From IMG/VR virus record IMGVR_UViG_3300045391_002568, positions 2,044 to 66,043 of that record: a stretch of DNA of 64,000 bases; one strand, 5' to 3'. Source of the stretch: a virus (Duplodnaviria > Caudoviricetes). Positions 17,120 through 27,287 of this stretch are shown here, piece by piece. Position 1 is the stretch's first letter, and each line of letters opens with the position of its first letter. Both the position numbers and the translations under genes were made by a program. The notes beneath the pieces are model-generated. The model saw only the letters and a program-made list of their open reading frames with translations, did not search any database and was not told the origin of the DNA.

Positions 17120-17785
17120 TTACCAGCAGCTCCCCGTAGCGGCCAGTTCCGTGGGATCATCATCCCGGGGTGTGCGGTCATTGCGGGGCGCGGCGCAGTC
17201 ATCCACGTATTCGTGCAACATCCCCTCCACGCCTTCAGCACCCTCGGCCGCATCATGGTCGCCATGGCCAATCCATTGCCGCTGGAGGGCCAGCAGGTCA
17301 TCGAGCCCGCCCTTGGCAGCAGAATCCACCAGCTCGTGCGCCTCCTTGCGGGTGAGAAGGCAGGAGCGGGCCTTTTCCGGGTCAGCAGCAGCCGTCGGAA
17401 CATCCGACGCCACCCGATACCCAGTGCTGTGCGCCCAAGCCGGCACCCGCGCATCCTCACTGACCGGAGTGACCGAACCATCCGGGTGCGCAAAGCCGTG
17501 CACCTCCACCAGCATCCCCATGCGGTAGGCATGAGCCTGCGGGCACCAACCAGCCTCCAGCTCCCACGTGACCTCGTTGCGCTGCAAGCCGAAGCCAATC
17601 ACAGCCCGGTGGGCATTGGCCTCAAACCGGGCATTGGCCTTGGCCAGCGCAAGCATCTGGTCACGGTTCAGGGGCGATGATCCACCAGCGGCAGCGCTGC
17701 CAGCTTGTGCCAGCTCAGCGCGCAGCAGCTCACGAAGCGAGGGCGAGGAAGCGGAAGGAACAGAATTCGGGGTTTTGATCATCAT
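17120..17785 (-). CDS. Hypothetical protein, first gene of the leftward early cluster
   Basis: ORF track; AGGAGG RBS. Confidence 0.65.
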   Translation of the reverse strand: MMIKTPNSVPSASSPSLRELLRAELAQAGSAAAGGSSPLNRDQMLALAKANARFEANAHRAVIGFGLQRNEVTWELEAGWCPQAHAYRMGMLVEVHGFAHPDGSVTPVSEDARVPAWAHSTGYRVASDVPTAAADPEKARSCLLTRKEAHELVDSAAKGGLDDLLALQRQWIGHGDHDAAEGAEGVEGMLHEYVDDCAAPRNDRTPRDDDPTELAATGSCW

Positions 17786-18255
17786 GGGGCGATTCCTCCT
17801 GAATTTGATGTGCGGAAGTCATGCTCCTAGAGATTTGCTTGAATGTCAACACAGCAAGTGACAGGAAGTCATGTAATGATCATTAGAAGTCATGGTTAAG
17901 GCAACGTATGAAGGGTCCAGGAATTCATAACGGAAATGGGGGTAGCTCATAACAAAAGTGGTATTGACAGGCATAGGCAGCGATATGAGACGCTCGCGCG
18001 CGGTCAGGTCAGGCCCGGGTGTGCTCGCAAGAGCACAGTCGGACCGGACCGGGAACAACGGGAAAGTCCGGGAAATCCCGAAAGGTGCGCTGATCCCCAG
18101 AGAGGGCAGAGAGGGTGGGGAAAAGGCAGGCAAGGGTAGGGTGACAGCAGGCCATGGTCACCAGCAGCCCGTGAGGCGCAATCGCCCATCCGGACTACAC
18201 ACCGCACCACGAAACGAATACCCTCAGCAGCTTCTGCATCAGCAAGGGCCGGCTT
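17786..18255. promoter_or_regulatory. Divergent control region with repeats
   Basis: About 470 bp non-coding; GAAGTCATG x3 (17815, 17865, 17886), palindrome TAATGATCATTA (17874-17885), CGGGAA x3 (18050, 18059, 18069), GCAA-loop hairpin 18021-18036. Confidence 0.6.
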
Positions 18256-19416
18256 ATGAGGGGAATGCATAAGGAGGGGCGAGACGCCGACAGCGCATCC
18301 GACCCGCCAGAATTCCCTTCCGCAGTAACTGCGCGGGCAGCAGAACCAATTCGGCGCACCCGTTCAGCGGGCATCAAGAAGCACCGGCGCATGCCCGGCA
18401 CCGACGACCCGCAATCTCGTGGCGAGTACGTGGCCAAAGAGTTCGGGAAGGTCACAGAGCAGCTGGCAGCCGCCTCCAAGCGGGCGAACAATCCCCGCCA
18501 CCAATCCCGCGCCACCCTTTCCGCCCGCCGCGAGCAGACCCTGTACAGCCTCTCCCAGCTGGATGCCGAGCAGGTTGCAGCCATCGAAGTCGACTATCGG
18601 TCCGGCGTGATGCCCGTCGAAGAGTTGTGCCTCAAGCACCGGATTGTCCGATCCACGCTCTACGCGCTGGCCAACAAGCGTTCATGGCCACTGCGGTCAG
18701 AGATACAGCGCGCGATGGCAGAAGCCGTGCAAGAGAGCGTGGTGACGTCCCTCACGATTGACCTTCGGCGCGCGGTAAATGGCGGCACCGGGCCCGTGGA
18801 TGCCGGCACCCTGGCCGCCAGCGGCAAGGACGGAGACCTCGGGGCTGTCATGCCGGACGGCCATGAGTTGCTGGCGCCGGAGGATGGCGAGCCCCTGACC
18901 GAGCGCAGCCTGAACGACATCGCCAAGCAGGATCTGCTGGTTGAGCAATACGCGATTGCGGTCGCGCTGGTCCTCAAAAGCCACCGGGCGATGGCCAAGC
19001 AAGCCGTCGATGCCTGTCGGGATCTCGTGGACATCAACCAGAAGGCCATCGCGGCCGCCAAAGAGCGGGCTCTGGAACTTTTGCACAACCCGAAGGAGCT
19101 GGCTGCCTACCTCGATCCGGTGGCCAAGAGCCTGTCGAGCTCGGTCAAGACGATGCGGGAGGCGATCGACCTGCAGCGGCAAGCGCTGGCCATCGACTCA
19201 ACTGCGGGCAAGGGGCTGGCGCTGGCCGATCTGGCGCGCGTCAGGGCTGTGCAGGCCGGCATGGCTGGGCACGCCGCCATTCAAGGTCAACCGTCCGGGC
19301 CCGCCAGCCGGGAAGAAAGCGATGCCGATGATGAGGCGATGCCCATTCCGGCGGAGGTCGGTTCGTATGAAAGGCTGGTGCGTGAGGCAGAGGCGCGAGG
19401 GGTGAAGCTGGCATGA
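18256..19416 (+). CDS. Putative terminase small subunit (HTH)
   Basis: AAIEVDYRSGVMPVEELCLKHRIVRSTLYALANKRSW resembles TerS N-terminal HTH; upstream of TerL; start uncertain (18265 or 18391). Confidence 0.6.
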   Translation: MRGMHKEGRDADSASDPPEFPSAVTARAAEPIRRTRSAGIKKHRRMPGTDDPQSRGEYVAKEFGKVTEQLAAASKRANNPRHQSRATLSARREQTLYSLSQLDAEQVAAIEVDYRSGVMPVEELCLKHRIVRSTLYALANKRSWPLRSEIQRAMAEAVQESVVTSLTIDLRRAVNGGTGPVDAGTLAASGKDGDLGAVMPDGHELLAPEDGEPLTERSLNDIAKQDLLVEQYAIAVALVLKSHRAMAKQAVDACRDLVDINQKAIAAAKERALELLHNPKELAAYLDPVAKSLSSSVKTMREAIDLQRQALAIDSTAGKGLALADLARVRAVQAGMAGHAAIQGQPSGPASREESDADDEAMPIPAEVGSYERLVREAEARGVKLA

Positions 19417-19691
19417 GCAGGCAGGGCGCGATGGGCGGTCGGGCAGGTAGGCGTGATGGGGCCCCCGGGCGGCTGCCCCCAGGGGGGTGTGCCCGCGGCT
19501 GGAGTCCCGCGCACGAGAGGAGGTATGGGGCCCCCCGTCTCTCCACGGATTGGGTCCCATCTGAGGTACCGGTTACTTCTCGTGGATTGCCGGATGATTT
19601 TTTGGTGGTGCCGCTTCCCGGTGGGTTTGAGGTCTTGCCCCTTATGCGTGGAATGCATGAGCGCGGCGAAGTTGTTTCACGGGGAACATGA
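19413..19691 (+). CDS. Possible hypothetical protein (may be non-coding)
   Basis: ATGA overlap, but G/R/P-rich translation over G/C-run DNA. Confidence 0.3.
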   Translation: MSRQGAMGGRAGRRDGAPGRLPPGGCARGWSPAHERRYGAPRLSTDWVPSEVPVTSRGLPDDFLVVPLPGGFEVLPLMRGMHERGEVVSRGT

Positions 19692-19694
19692 GCG

Positions 19695-19982
19695 ATGCGT
19701 CCCAAGATCACGTTTGAGGGGGTCGATCCGGAGCTGCACCGGCTCGGCATGTCGGTCGTGCGGTTCCTGGAGGAGGTTTCGGAGGCTCACCCGGAGGATG
19801 TACGGGCGATGCTGGCAGCGTTGAAGAGCTGGCACGGGCCGGATTCCCCCACGCTGGCGGACATTGCCACGCTCAATGGGACGGTCCAGGCGCTTGAACT
19901 GCGCATCGAGCATGGTCCGAACGGGCTATCCCTGCGCGAGGAGCTGTTGCGGCTTGACGTGACTGGGATGGTGGGGAACTGA
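19695..19982 (+). CDS. Hypothetical protein
   Basis: ORF track; fills the gap before TerL. Confidence 0.6.
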   Translation: MRPKITFEGVDPELHRLGMSVVRFLEEVSEAHPEDVRAMLAALKSWHGPDSPTLADIATLNGTVQALELRIEHGPNGLSLREELLRLDVTGMVGN

Positions 19983-19987
19983 CGGCC

Positions 19988-21739
19988 ATGACTTCGCTGT
20001 GGCAACGCGAGGCGAGCAAGCTGAAGGAGTTGGCGGGCGCCAATTCGCTCGTCGGGGACTCGATCCGAAAGGCTGTTGATGCGGCTGCGGCGATGAATGA
20101 CGAGGAATCGCGCATGCAGGCTGCTGCGGCGCGGTTCGTGGATACCGGTGTGAAGGCGCTGCAGTTGAGCGCCGCGGGCGGATTTCCTGCCTATGCACGG
20201 GATTACATCCGGATACGGGACAAGCCGGGCCGGCTGATGCCACTGGAAATGAATCGGGCGCAGCTGTACATGCATGAGCTGGCCGAGCGGCAGATGGCGC
20301 AGCGCGGCTACGTGCGGCTGATCGTGCTCAAGGGCCGGCAGATGGGGGCAAGCACCTATATCGCCGGCCGCGGGTACTTCAAGGTCACGCGCAAGAGCGG
20401 CCAGAAGGCGTACATCCTCACGCACGAGCTAAAGGCGACCAATAACCTGTTTAAGCGCGTGAAGGACATCCACTTGCACATGGATCCGCGCTTGAAGCCG
20501 GCCACCGGGCGCTCCAATGCCAACGAGCTGACCTTCCCGGGACTGGCTTCGGAGTACGGAGTGGGCACCGCCAGGGTGGGCGACACGGGTCGTTCGCTGA
20601 CCGTGCAGTTTTTCCACGGCTCGGAGGTTGCTTTCTGGCAGGCGGCCAAGCAGATCGTGCCTGGACTGCTGCAGACAATCGGCACAGAGCCCGGGACCGA
20701 GGTGTGGCTCGAGTCCACCGGCAATGGGCCGTCGAATTTTTTCGCCGCGTCGGTGCAGGAAGCCCGCAAGGGCACCACGGACTTCGAGCTGGTCTTCTGC
20801 CCGTGGTTCTGGGACCCGGGCTATGCCACCCCGACGCACCTGGTCCCGCCGAACTTCGCCGAGTCGCTGAGCATGGACGACATGGAGTATCGCCACGTCC
20901 ATCGCCTGTCGATCGAGCAGATGCACTGGCGGTCGAAGAAGATTGCCGAGTTCACGATGTCCGAGGGCGGCGACGAGGAGGCCGGGCGCGCGACCTTCTG
21001 CCAGGAGTATCCGGCCACCGTCGAGGAGGCGTTCCAGGGCGACTCAGATACAAGTTTCATCCGCTCGGTGAAGGTTGTCCTCGCGCGCCAGGCATGGAGC
21101 GATTACATCGCCAAGAATGGCAAGCGGCCGGAGGGCATCGGCCCGAAGCGCATGGGCATCGACCCGTCGTACACCGGTGGCGATGGCTTTCGACTGTGGT
21201 GCCGGCAGGGCCGCGTCGCGTGGCGCGTCGACAAGTGGTCGCGCAAGCGCACGCAGGAGTCCATCGGCCGCATCCTCGCGGCGCTCGAGCGCGAACAGCC
21301 CGATGAGATCTACATCGACATCGGAAACAACGGCGGACCTATCTACGACATCCTGTCCGAAACGCAGTGGGGCTCGAGGATTATCCCCGTACTCTTCGGT
21401 GAGGCCGCGGATGAACCTGACCGGCACCAGAACAAGCGCTGCGAAATGTGGTTTCGCATCCGCGAATGGCTCAATGAGCGACCGCAGGTGATGCTTGAGG
21501 ACATCGAGGAGATCCAGGCGGACCTCACCGGGGTGCACACGCGGCGCGATGAGGTGGGCACGCGCACCAAGCTGGAGTCGAAGGACGACATGATCAAGCG
21601 ACTCGGCAAGGGATGCTCGCCGGATGACGGTGATGCATTGGCGCTGACCTTCGCATATCCTTCGGGCGGACCGAGGAAGGCCGGCGCGAAGCGACTGGAC
21701 CCCAGACGACAGGTCGTTTGGGGCGGCGGGCTGCGATAG
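19988..21739 (+). CDS. terL: Terminase large subunit
   Basis: LKGRQMGAST, FHGSEVAFW, WLESTGNG, MGIDPS, IYIDIG, SPDDGDALALTF. Confidence 0.92.
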   Translation: MTSLWQREASKLKELAGANSLVGDSIRKAVDAAAAMNDEESRMQAAAARFVDTGVKALQLSAAGGFPAYARDYIRIRDKPGRLMPLEMNRAQLYMHELAERQMAQRGYVRLIVLKGRQMGASTYIAGRGYFKVTRKSGQKAYILTHELKATNNLFKRVKDIHLHMDPRLKPATGRSNANELTFPGLASEYGVGTARVGDTGRSLTVQFFHGSEVAFWQAAKQIVPGLLQTIGTEPGTEVWLESTGNGPSNFFAASVQEARKGTTDFELVFCPWFWDPGYATPTHLVPPNFAESLSMDDMEYRHVHRLSIEQMHWRSKKIAEFTMSEGGDEEAGRATFCQEYPATVEEAFQGDSDTSFIRSVKVVLARQAWSDYIAKNGKRPEGIGPKRMGIDPSYTGGDGFRLWCRQGRVAWRVDKWSRKRTQESIGRILAALEREQPDEIYIDIGNNGGPIYDILSETQWGSRIIPVLFGEAADEPDRHQNKRCEMWFRIREWLNERPQVMLEDIEEIQADLTGVHTRRDEVGTRTKLESKDDMIKRLGKGCSPDDGDALALTFAYPSGGPRKAGAKRLDPRRQVVWGGGLR

Positions 21740-21751
21740 CGAAGGATCGCA

Positions 21752-23980
21752 ATGTTCAGAACCGACACGATGTCGATTGATGCCAGCCGCGCGCCGAAGG
21801 GCGGACTGTCGGTGCAGCAACTCGAAGAGTTCCTGGACGACATGCGATCGCAGCCGTCGTGGCGCCAGCGCGCGGACCTCGAGTGCAACTACTACGACGG
21901 CAACCAGCACTCCCCCGAGGACATCCAGAAGGCCGAGGACCGCAAGCTGCCGGTGGTCACCACCAACCTGATCGCGCCAACGGTCAACATGATCCTCGGC
22001 ATGGAGGCGCGCACCCGCACCGACTGGGTTGTGAAGGCCGATGGCTCCACCGAGGGGCTCACGACAAAGCAGGCCGATGGCCTGACGGCCAAGCTCAACG
22101 AGGCCGAGCGCAACACGCACGCCGACCAGGCCTGCGCCGACGCCTACGAGTCCGAAGTGAAGGCCGGAATTGGCTGGGTCGAAGTTTCCCGATCGCAGAA
22201 TCCTTTCGAGTACCCGCTGCGCGTTACGGCGATAGACCGGCGCGAAATCTGGTGGGACATGCGCGCGAAGGATCGGCTCCTGAAGGATGCGCGCTGGCTG
22301 TGCCGCCGAAAGTGGCACGACCTCGACTCGATCCTGACGATGGTGCCTCCGAGCATGCAGCAGTACGTCTACGATGCGGTCAACAATCCATCAGGTTGGG
22401 ACTATCAGAGCTTCGCGGCGTCGTTCCCGATGCTGCAGGACGGGCTGATCGCGCGCGACTGGTTCGCTGACTCGGCAGAATGGTGCGACACCGCGCGCAA
22501 GCGCGTATGCGCCTACGAAGTCTGGTACCGGGTGCCGACGCGCGGCCTGGTGATGATCTCCGCGGATGGCGCGGCCGCCGAGTACGACAAGCAAAACGCG
22601 GAACACATCGCAATGGTGGGCACCGGCGAGGCGGAACTGCGCTGGGCGACCTACCAGAAGATGCGCGTTTCGTGGTGGGTGGGCCCGTTCCGCCTGTCGG
22701 ACGCGCCGAGCCCCTATGGCATCAACGAATTCCCGTATGTCCCGTTCTGGGGCTACATGGAGGACGATACGCGCACGCCTTACGGGGTGATTCGCGCGAT
22801 GAAGTCGCTGCAGGACGAGGTGAATGCGCGCCGCGCCAAGATGATGTGGCAGTTGAGCGCGCAGCGCGTGATCGCCGAGGGCGATGCGGTGGTCGACCAC
22901 GACGCCGCGGCCGACGAGGTGAACAGGCCTGATGCCTACATCCAGCTGAACCCGAATCGCCGGCAGCGCGGCAGCCAGCCGGCGTTCCAGATCCAGGACC
23001 ATCAGGGCCTCAACACGCAGCAATTCCAGATCTACTCCGACGCCAAGCAGTCCATCCAGCAGGCCGGCGGCGTCTACGCGCCGATGCTGGGCGATGCGAC
23101 ATCCGGCGCAGAGGCTGGCGTTGCGATCGACATGCTGATCCAGCAGGGCACCACGGTCCTTGCCAAGATCAACTCGAACTACAAGTTCGCGCGCGTGGAG
23201 GTAGGTCGCAAGTTGCTGCGCCTGGTCGTGGAAATGATGGGCACGAAGGAGACCACCGTATCACTGCCGGCGAACGCGCCGAGCCAGGCCAAGAGCGTCA
23301 CGTTCAATCAGCGCGTCCAGGATCCGGATACCGGCGCAGTCGTCGTTCGCAACGATGTCACGCGCATGCTGTGGAAGGTGGCGCTGGGCGAGACACCTCA
23401 GAATCCGACCTATCAGCAGGATCGGATGCGCCAGCTCACAGAATTCGCAAAATCCCTGCCGCCGGAACTGCAGGCCGTGTTCGCAGACTTGGTGGTCATG
23501 GCCTCGGACCTGCCGAACAAGGAGCAGATCGCCGCGCGCATCCGCAAGCAGATCGGCACCGCCCCGGAGATCGATCCGGATAAGGCAACGCCAGAAGAGG
23601 TTGCCGAGTACCAGGCGCAAGTGCAGGCGCAGCAGCGCCAGCAGAAGCTGCAGGACCTCGCGCAGCAGATCGAGCTCGAGCAGGGAGCAGCGAAGGCAGA
23701 CATGGATCGCGCGAAAGCGGCGAAACTGCGCGCCGACACCGAAGGAGCGTTTGCGAAGGTCGGCCTCACTCGCGCACAGTCCATCGAAGCGCTGCTTGGC
23801 GGCGGGAAGCCTTCCCCGGCTCCTGCCGGCGGGTCGAAGGATGGCAAGAAGGCCGCAGCACCGGCCCCAAAGAAGCCGAGCGAGGAGGATCTCGTCGACG
23901 CCGGCCGCAAGGGCGCGGCGCTCGAGGAGCCGCGGCACGACGACCGGCTCGCGCTCGGCGCCGGAATGAGCGGCATCTGA
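21752..23980 (+). CDS. Portal protein (P22-like)
   Basis: YYDGNQ...LPVVTTNLIAPTVNMILGME, VKAGIGWVEV, FPYVPFWGY...PYGVIR.MKSLQDEVN.R; follows TerL. Confidence 0.9.
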   Translation: MFRTDTMSIDASRAPKGGLSVQQLEEFLDDMRSQPSWRQRADLECNYYDGNQHSPEDIQKAEDRKLPVVTTNLIAPTVNMILGMEARTRTDWVVKADGSTEGLTTKQADGLTAKLNEAERNTHADQACADAYESEVKAGIGWVEVSRSQNPFEYPLRVTAIDRREIWWDMRAKDRLLKDARWLCRRKWHDLDSILTMVPPSMQQYVYDAVNNPSGWDYQSFAASFPMLQDGLIARDWFADSAEWCDTARKRVCAYEVWYRVPTRGLVMISADGAAAEYDKQNAEHIAMVGTGEAELRWATYQKMRVSWWVGPFRLSDAPSPYGINEFPYVPFWGYMEDDTRTPYGVIRAMKSLQDEVNARRAKMMWQLSAQRVIAEGDAVVDHDAAADEVNRPDAYIQLNPNRRQRGSQPAFQIQDHQGLNTQQFQIYSDAKQSIQQAGGVYAPMLGDATSGAEAGVAIDMLIQQGTTVLAKINSNYKFARVEVGRKLLRLVVEMMGTKETTVSLPANAPSQAKSVTFNQRVQDPDTGAVVVRNDVTRMLWKVALGETPQNPTYQQDRMRQLTEFAKSLPPELQAVFADLVVMASDLPNKEQIAARIRKQIGTAPEIDPDKATPEEVAEYQAQVQAQQRQQKLQDLAQQIELEQGAAKADMDRAKAAKLRADTEGAFAKVGLTRAQSIEALLGGGKPSPAPAGGSKDGKKAAAPAPKKPSEEDLVDAGRKGAALEEPRHDDRLALGAGMSGI

Positions 23981-24233
23981 TGGCATTTTCAATGGTCCAG
24001 CGCTGCGGCAGCATGCCGTCCGTGGAATCATCGGGCTGCGGACGTGCTCCGCGTCCTCCCGCGGGCCGCGGCGCTGGATCTCCAATGAGGGTTTTTCGTC
24101 AAGGCCGAACGCCTTGCCGAAGCGCCCTCGCTTCAATCGGCAACCGCACTGTTGATCGACGCCCTTTCGATATGGGCCAGGCGGCACCCAGCCACGCAAC
24201 TCCTGCGAAGTGGAGTAACAGAGGAAAAGCAGC
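23981..24233 (+). other. Structured portal-scaffold intergenic leader
   Basis: 14-bp stem 23996-24009/24065-24078 enclosing two hairpins; hairpin just upstream of the scaffold RBS. Confidence 0.45.
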
Positions 24234-25421
24234 ATGAGCACCAACGACAGCGCCGCGACGGCGGCAGACGACAAGGGCACCGCCGCAAGCGGGGCCGGAA
24301 GTTTCGACCTGTTGCCTGAGAACAATTCCATGCAGTGGGAAGGCAAAAAGCCGGAAGAGCTCGCAGCTCTGCCGGAAGCCGAGCTCGCGGGCATGAGTCA
24401 TCAGGACATCGAGAAGGCGTTTGGCCTGGACATCCCAGATCGCACCCGGGTCTCAAACCCCACCGGCGCGATGACGGTTGAAGAGGCTGATCGTGCCGTT
24501 GAAAGCGGGGCAGCGAGCATACCGACCGAGGAAATGATCGCCGCCGCTGCAGTCGAGGCGCTCACACCACCGAAAGCGGAGTCCACAGCGGCTGCTCCGG
24601 CGCAAGCCGAAGCTGCAAAGGCTCCGGAGGATGCGTCGGCGGCTACCGCCGCGGAGACCGCATCGCAGGTGGAGCAAGTCGAAGAGAAGCCAGCGGTTGT
24701 CGCGGCTCGTGACGGCAAGGGGACGATTCCGTATTCGGTGCTGGAGGCCGCCCGCGCGCGCGCCGCACAGCTCGAGAACGAATTGGCCATGGAACGTGGC
24801 GAGAAACAGCGAAAGGCCGAGGAAGAATCCATCAAGGGAGCGCTGACAGCAGAGCAGATCGCTGCGATGCGCGGTGAATTCCCTGACGCGGTGGTCGATG
24901 CGATCGAGGCGCAGAACAACGCCATCATCGAAATCCGCAAGGAAAACCTCGAGCTTCGCCGCAAGGCAGGAGCCAGTGAGGTAGATCCCGTCGAGGATGC
25001 CAAGCAGAGAGTGACCGACCTGATAGATCAGGATCCGGTGCTGTCGAAGTGGCGCGATGACGCGGATCAGACCAACTGGAAGCGGGCAACCGCCTTCGAT
25101 GACGTGCTGCGTGCAGATCCAGTGTGGGCAGAGAAGCCTCTTGAGGAACGCTTCAGTGAGGTTCGTCGCCTCATGGGAGCACCGAAGGAGGCGCCTGTTC
25201 AGACCGGTCCGACCGAAGCCCAGCAAGTGGCCAGTCGCGCCGCTGCGGCAGCCGCCGCCGCGACCGCAAGTGCCACCGCACCGACTCACTCAGACCTGCC
25301 TGGCGGGCATCCGCCCGCTTCTAACGACGCATCACGAGTGGATCAACTATCGACCACGCAGCTCGAAAAAATGTTCGAGAGCGGGGCGGATGTTGATGCA
25401 TTGCTCGCAAGATTGGGATAG
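24234..25421 (+). CDS. Capsid scaffolding protein
   Basis: Acidic Ala-rich coiled coil, GKGTIPYSVLEAAR motif, between portal and MCP. Confidence 0.8.
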   Translation: MSTNDSAATAADDKGTAASGAGSFDLLPENNSMQWEGKKPEELAALPEAELAGMSHQDIEKAFGLDIPDRTRVSNPTGAMTVEEADRAVESGAASIPTEEMIAAAAVEALTPPKAESTAAAPAQAEAAKAPEDASAATAAETASQVEQVEEKPAVVAARDGKGTIPYSVLEAARARAAQLENELAMERGEKQRKAEEESIKGALTAEQIAAMRGEFPDAVVDAIEAQNNAIIEIRKENLELRRKAGASEVDPVEDAKQRVTDLIDQDPVLSKWRDDADQTNWKRATAFDDVLRADPVWAEKPLEERFSEVRRLMGAPKEAPVQTGPTEAQQVASRAAAAAAAATASATAPTHSDLPGGHPPASNDASRVDQLSTTQLEKMFESGADVDALLARLG

Positions 25422-25469
25422 ATTCCGCCAGCAGCAGGACGCTAAAGCCCATCTACAGGAGTTATTCAC

Positions 25470-26699
25470 ATGGGACAGACTGTCATTCCCGCAGGCCATG
25501 CGGTCGCGCGGAAGCTCTTTTCGGTGGCTGCGTTCGCCGCTGCGCAGCGAGCACCATCCTTCTCCAAAAACCTCGTGGGCGCAGCCCCGCAGCAGTCCGA
25601 CGCGGAGCGCAGGCTTCGCGGCCAGACAAGCGCAGACATGCCGATCGTGCGCGTCACCGACCTGTCGAAAGGCGGCGGCGACAAGATCAGCGTCGATCTG
25701 TACAACGCCATCGGCGGCAAGCCCACCATGGGCGACAAGAAGCTCGCCGGCAACATGCAGAGCCTGAGCTTCGCGTCGATGGATATCTCCATCAACCAGG
25801 TTCGTCATGGCGTTGACCCGGGCGGTCGCATGACCCAGCAGCGCACGGTGCACAACCTGCGCACGATCGGTGTTGCGAACCTCGCCGGATGGTGGGGCAA
25901 GTTCACCGATCAGACCACGCTGGTGCATCTGGCCGGCGCCCGCGGCTTCCAGACCGGTGCGGACTGGATCATCCCATCGGAGACCGACGCTGACTTCAGC
26001 GAGATCATGATCAATCCGGTGCTCCCGCCCTCGCCCGGCCGGCGCTTCTACGCCGGTGACGCGACCAGCGCCGCCGACCTGGACAACACCGACTATCTGA
26101 AGCTGAAGGACATCGACAAGCTGCGCGCCGCGCTGGACGAAATGCCGTTCCCGCTCGCGCCGATCAAGCTGCCGAAGGATCCAGCGGCTGACGATGAACC
26201 GCTCTACTGCCTGTTCGTGTCGCCACGCCAGTGGTACTGGCTGATGGTGAACTCGGATTCGCAGAACTGGCGTTCGTTCCTGGCAGCCGCCTCGGAGCGC
26301 GGCCGCTGGAGCAATCACCCGCTGTTCATGGGAACTGGCGGCATGTGGAATGGCATCCTCATCAAGAAGATGCGCCGCTGCATCCGCTTCACCCAGGGCA
26401 GCACCGTGCGCGCGTACCAGGCGAACGGCGTCACGATCGCCGACACCACCGCGGCGGTGGATCAGGATCGCGCGTTGCTGCTGGGCGCGCAGGCGCTGGC
26501 ATGGGTCTACGGCAGACACCAGAACAGCGACTACTACATGAGCTGGCACGAGGAGAAGACCGACCACGACAACACCATGGAAATCTCCGTGGCTGCCATG
26601 TTCGGAGCCTCCAAGCTCAAGTTCATGGACCAGAGCAGCGGTATCCCGCAGGATTACGGCGTCTGCACGCTGGACTCCTACGCGCCGACGCCGACGTAA
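25470..26699 (+). CDS. Major capsid protein (N4-gp56/DUF4043 family)
   Basis: MPIVRVTDLSKGGGDKISVDL, INQVRHGVD.GGRMTQQRT.HNLR, LVHLAGARG, DRALLLGAQAL. Confidence 0.9.
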   Translation: MGQTVIPAGHAVARKLFSVAAFAAAQRAPSFSKNLVGAAPQQSDAERRLRGQTSADMPIVRVTDLSKGGGDKISVDLYNAIGGKPTMGDKKLAGNMQSLSFASMDISINQVRHGVDPGGRMTQQRTVHNLRTIGVANLAGWWGKFTDQTTLVHLAGARGFQTGADWIIPSETDADFSEIMINPVLPPSPGRRFYAGDATSAADLDNTDYLKLKDIDKLRAALDEMPFPLAPIKLPKDPAADDEPLYCLFVSPRQWYWLMVNSDSQNWRSFLAAASERGRWSNHPLFMGTGGMWNGILIKKMRRCIRFTQGSTVRAYQANGVTIADTTAAVDQDRALLLGAQALAWVYGRHQNSDYYMSWHEEKTDHDNTMEISVAAMFGASKLKFMDQSSGIPQDYGVCTLDSYAPTPT

Positions 26700-26731
26700 T
26701 CTGGCCCCACCCCTGGAAACGGAGAACTGAC

Positions 26732-27208
26732 ATGGCAACCATCAATCCAAACGCAGAGCGATTCCGTGCGGGCTCGTGGGGCAATGCGGGCGTCAAGACG
26801 CTGCGCTTCACGGTCGCGGCCGGAAATGCCGCTCAGGACGGGACGAATGATGTCCTCGTCATCCCTGCTGGCACGAGGATCATCGACTGGCACTGGGTCC
26901 TCAAGACCAAGAGCTCGGTCGCCAACGGCACGGTTGACGCGGGTTTCGTGGCCGTCGATGGCGGCGGCTACCTCGACCTGGCGAACAGCGTTGCTGACGA
27001 TCCTGACTTCCTCGCGGATGCACTGGTCGTCGGCAGCGGCGGAACCAATGGCACCACCTCCCGCAAGGGCAGTGGCGCCACGGTGCCGGCGAACGGTCCG
27101 CTGCTGCTCGAGCGCGACGCGTATCTGAGGCTCACGAACAACACCGCGGCCGTCACCGACCTGGTGCTGGATCTGGTCCTCAACTACGAGTTCGTCGGCA
27201 ACAAGTAA
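26732..27208 (+). CDS. Putative capsid decoration/cement protein
   Basis: Beta-rich 158 aa directly after MCP; LVIPAGTRIID; GGAG RBS. Confidence 0.65.
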   Translation: MATINPNAERFRAGSWGNAGVKTLRFTVAAGNAAQDGTNDVLVIPAGTRIIDWHWVLKTKSSVANGTVDAGFVAVDGGGYLDLANSVADDPDFLADALVVGSGGTNGTTSRKGSGATVPANGPLLLERDAYLRLTNNTAAVTDLVLDLVLNYEFVGNK

Positions 27209-27230
27209 GGTTGCCGCTCGATCCTGAACC

Positions 27231-27270
27231 GGGGCGCCGCTCTGAATGCAGGGTGGCGCCCCTTTTTCTT
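27231..27270 (+). terminator. Intrinsic terminator
   Basis: GGGGCGCCGCTCTG/CAGGGTGGCGCCCC stem followed by TTTTTCTTT. Confidence 0.8.
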
Positions 27271-27287
27271 TAACGGAGGAAAACGTC

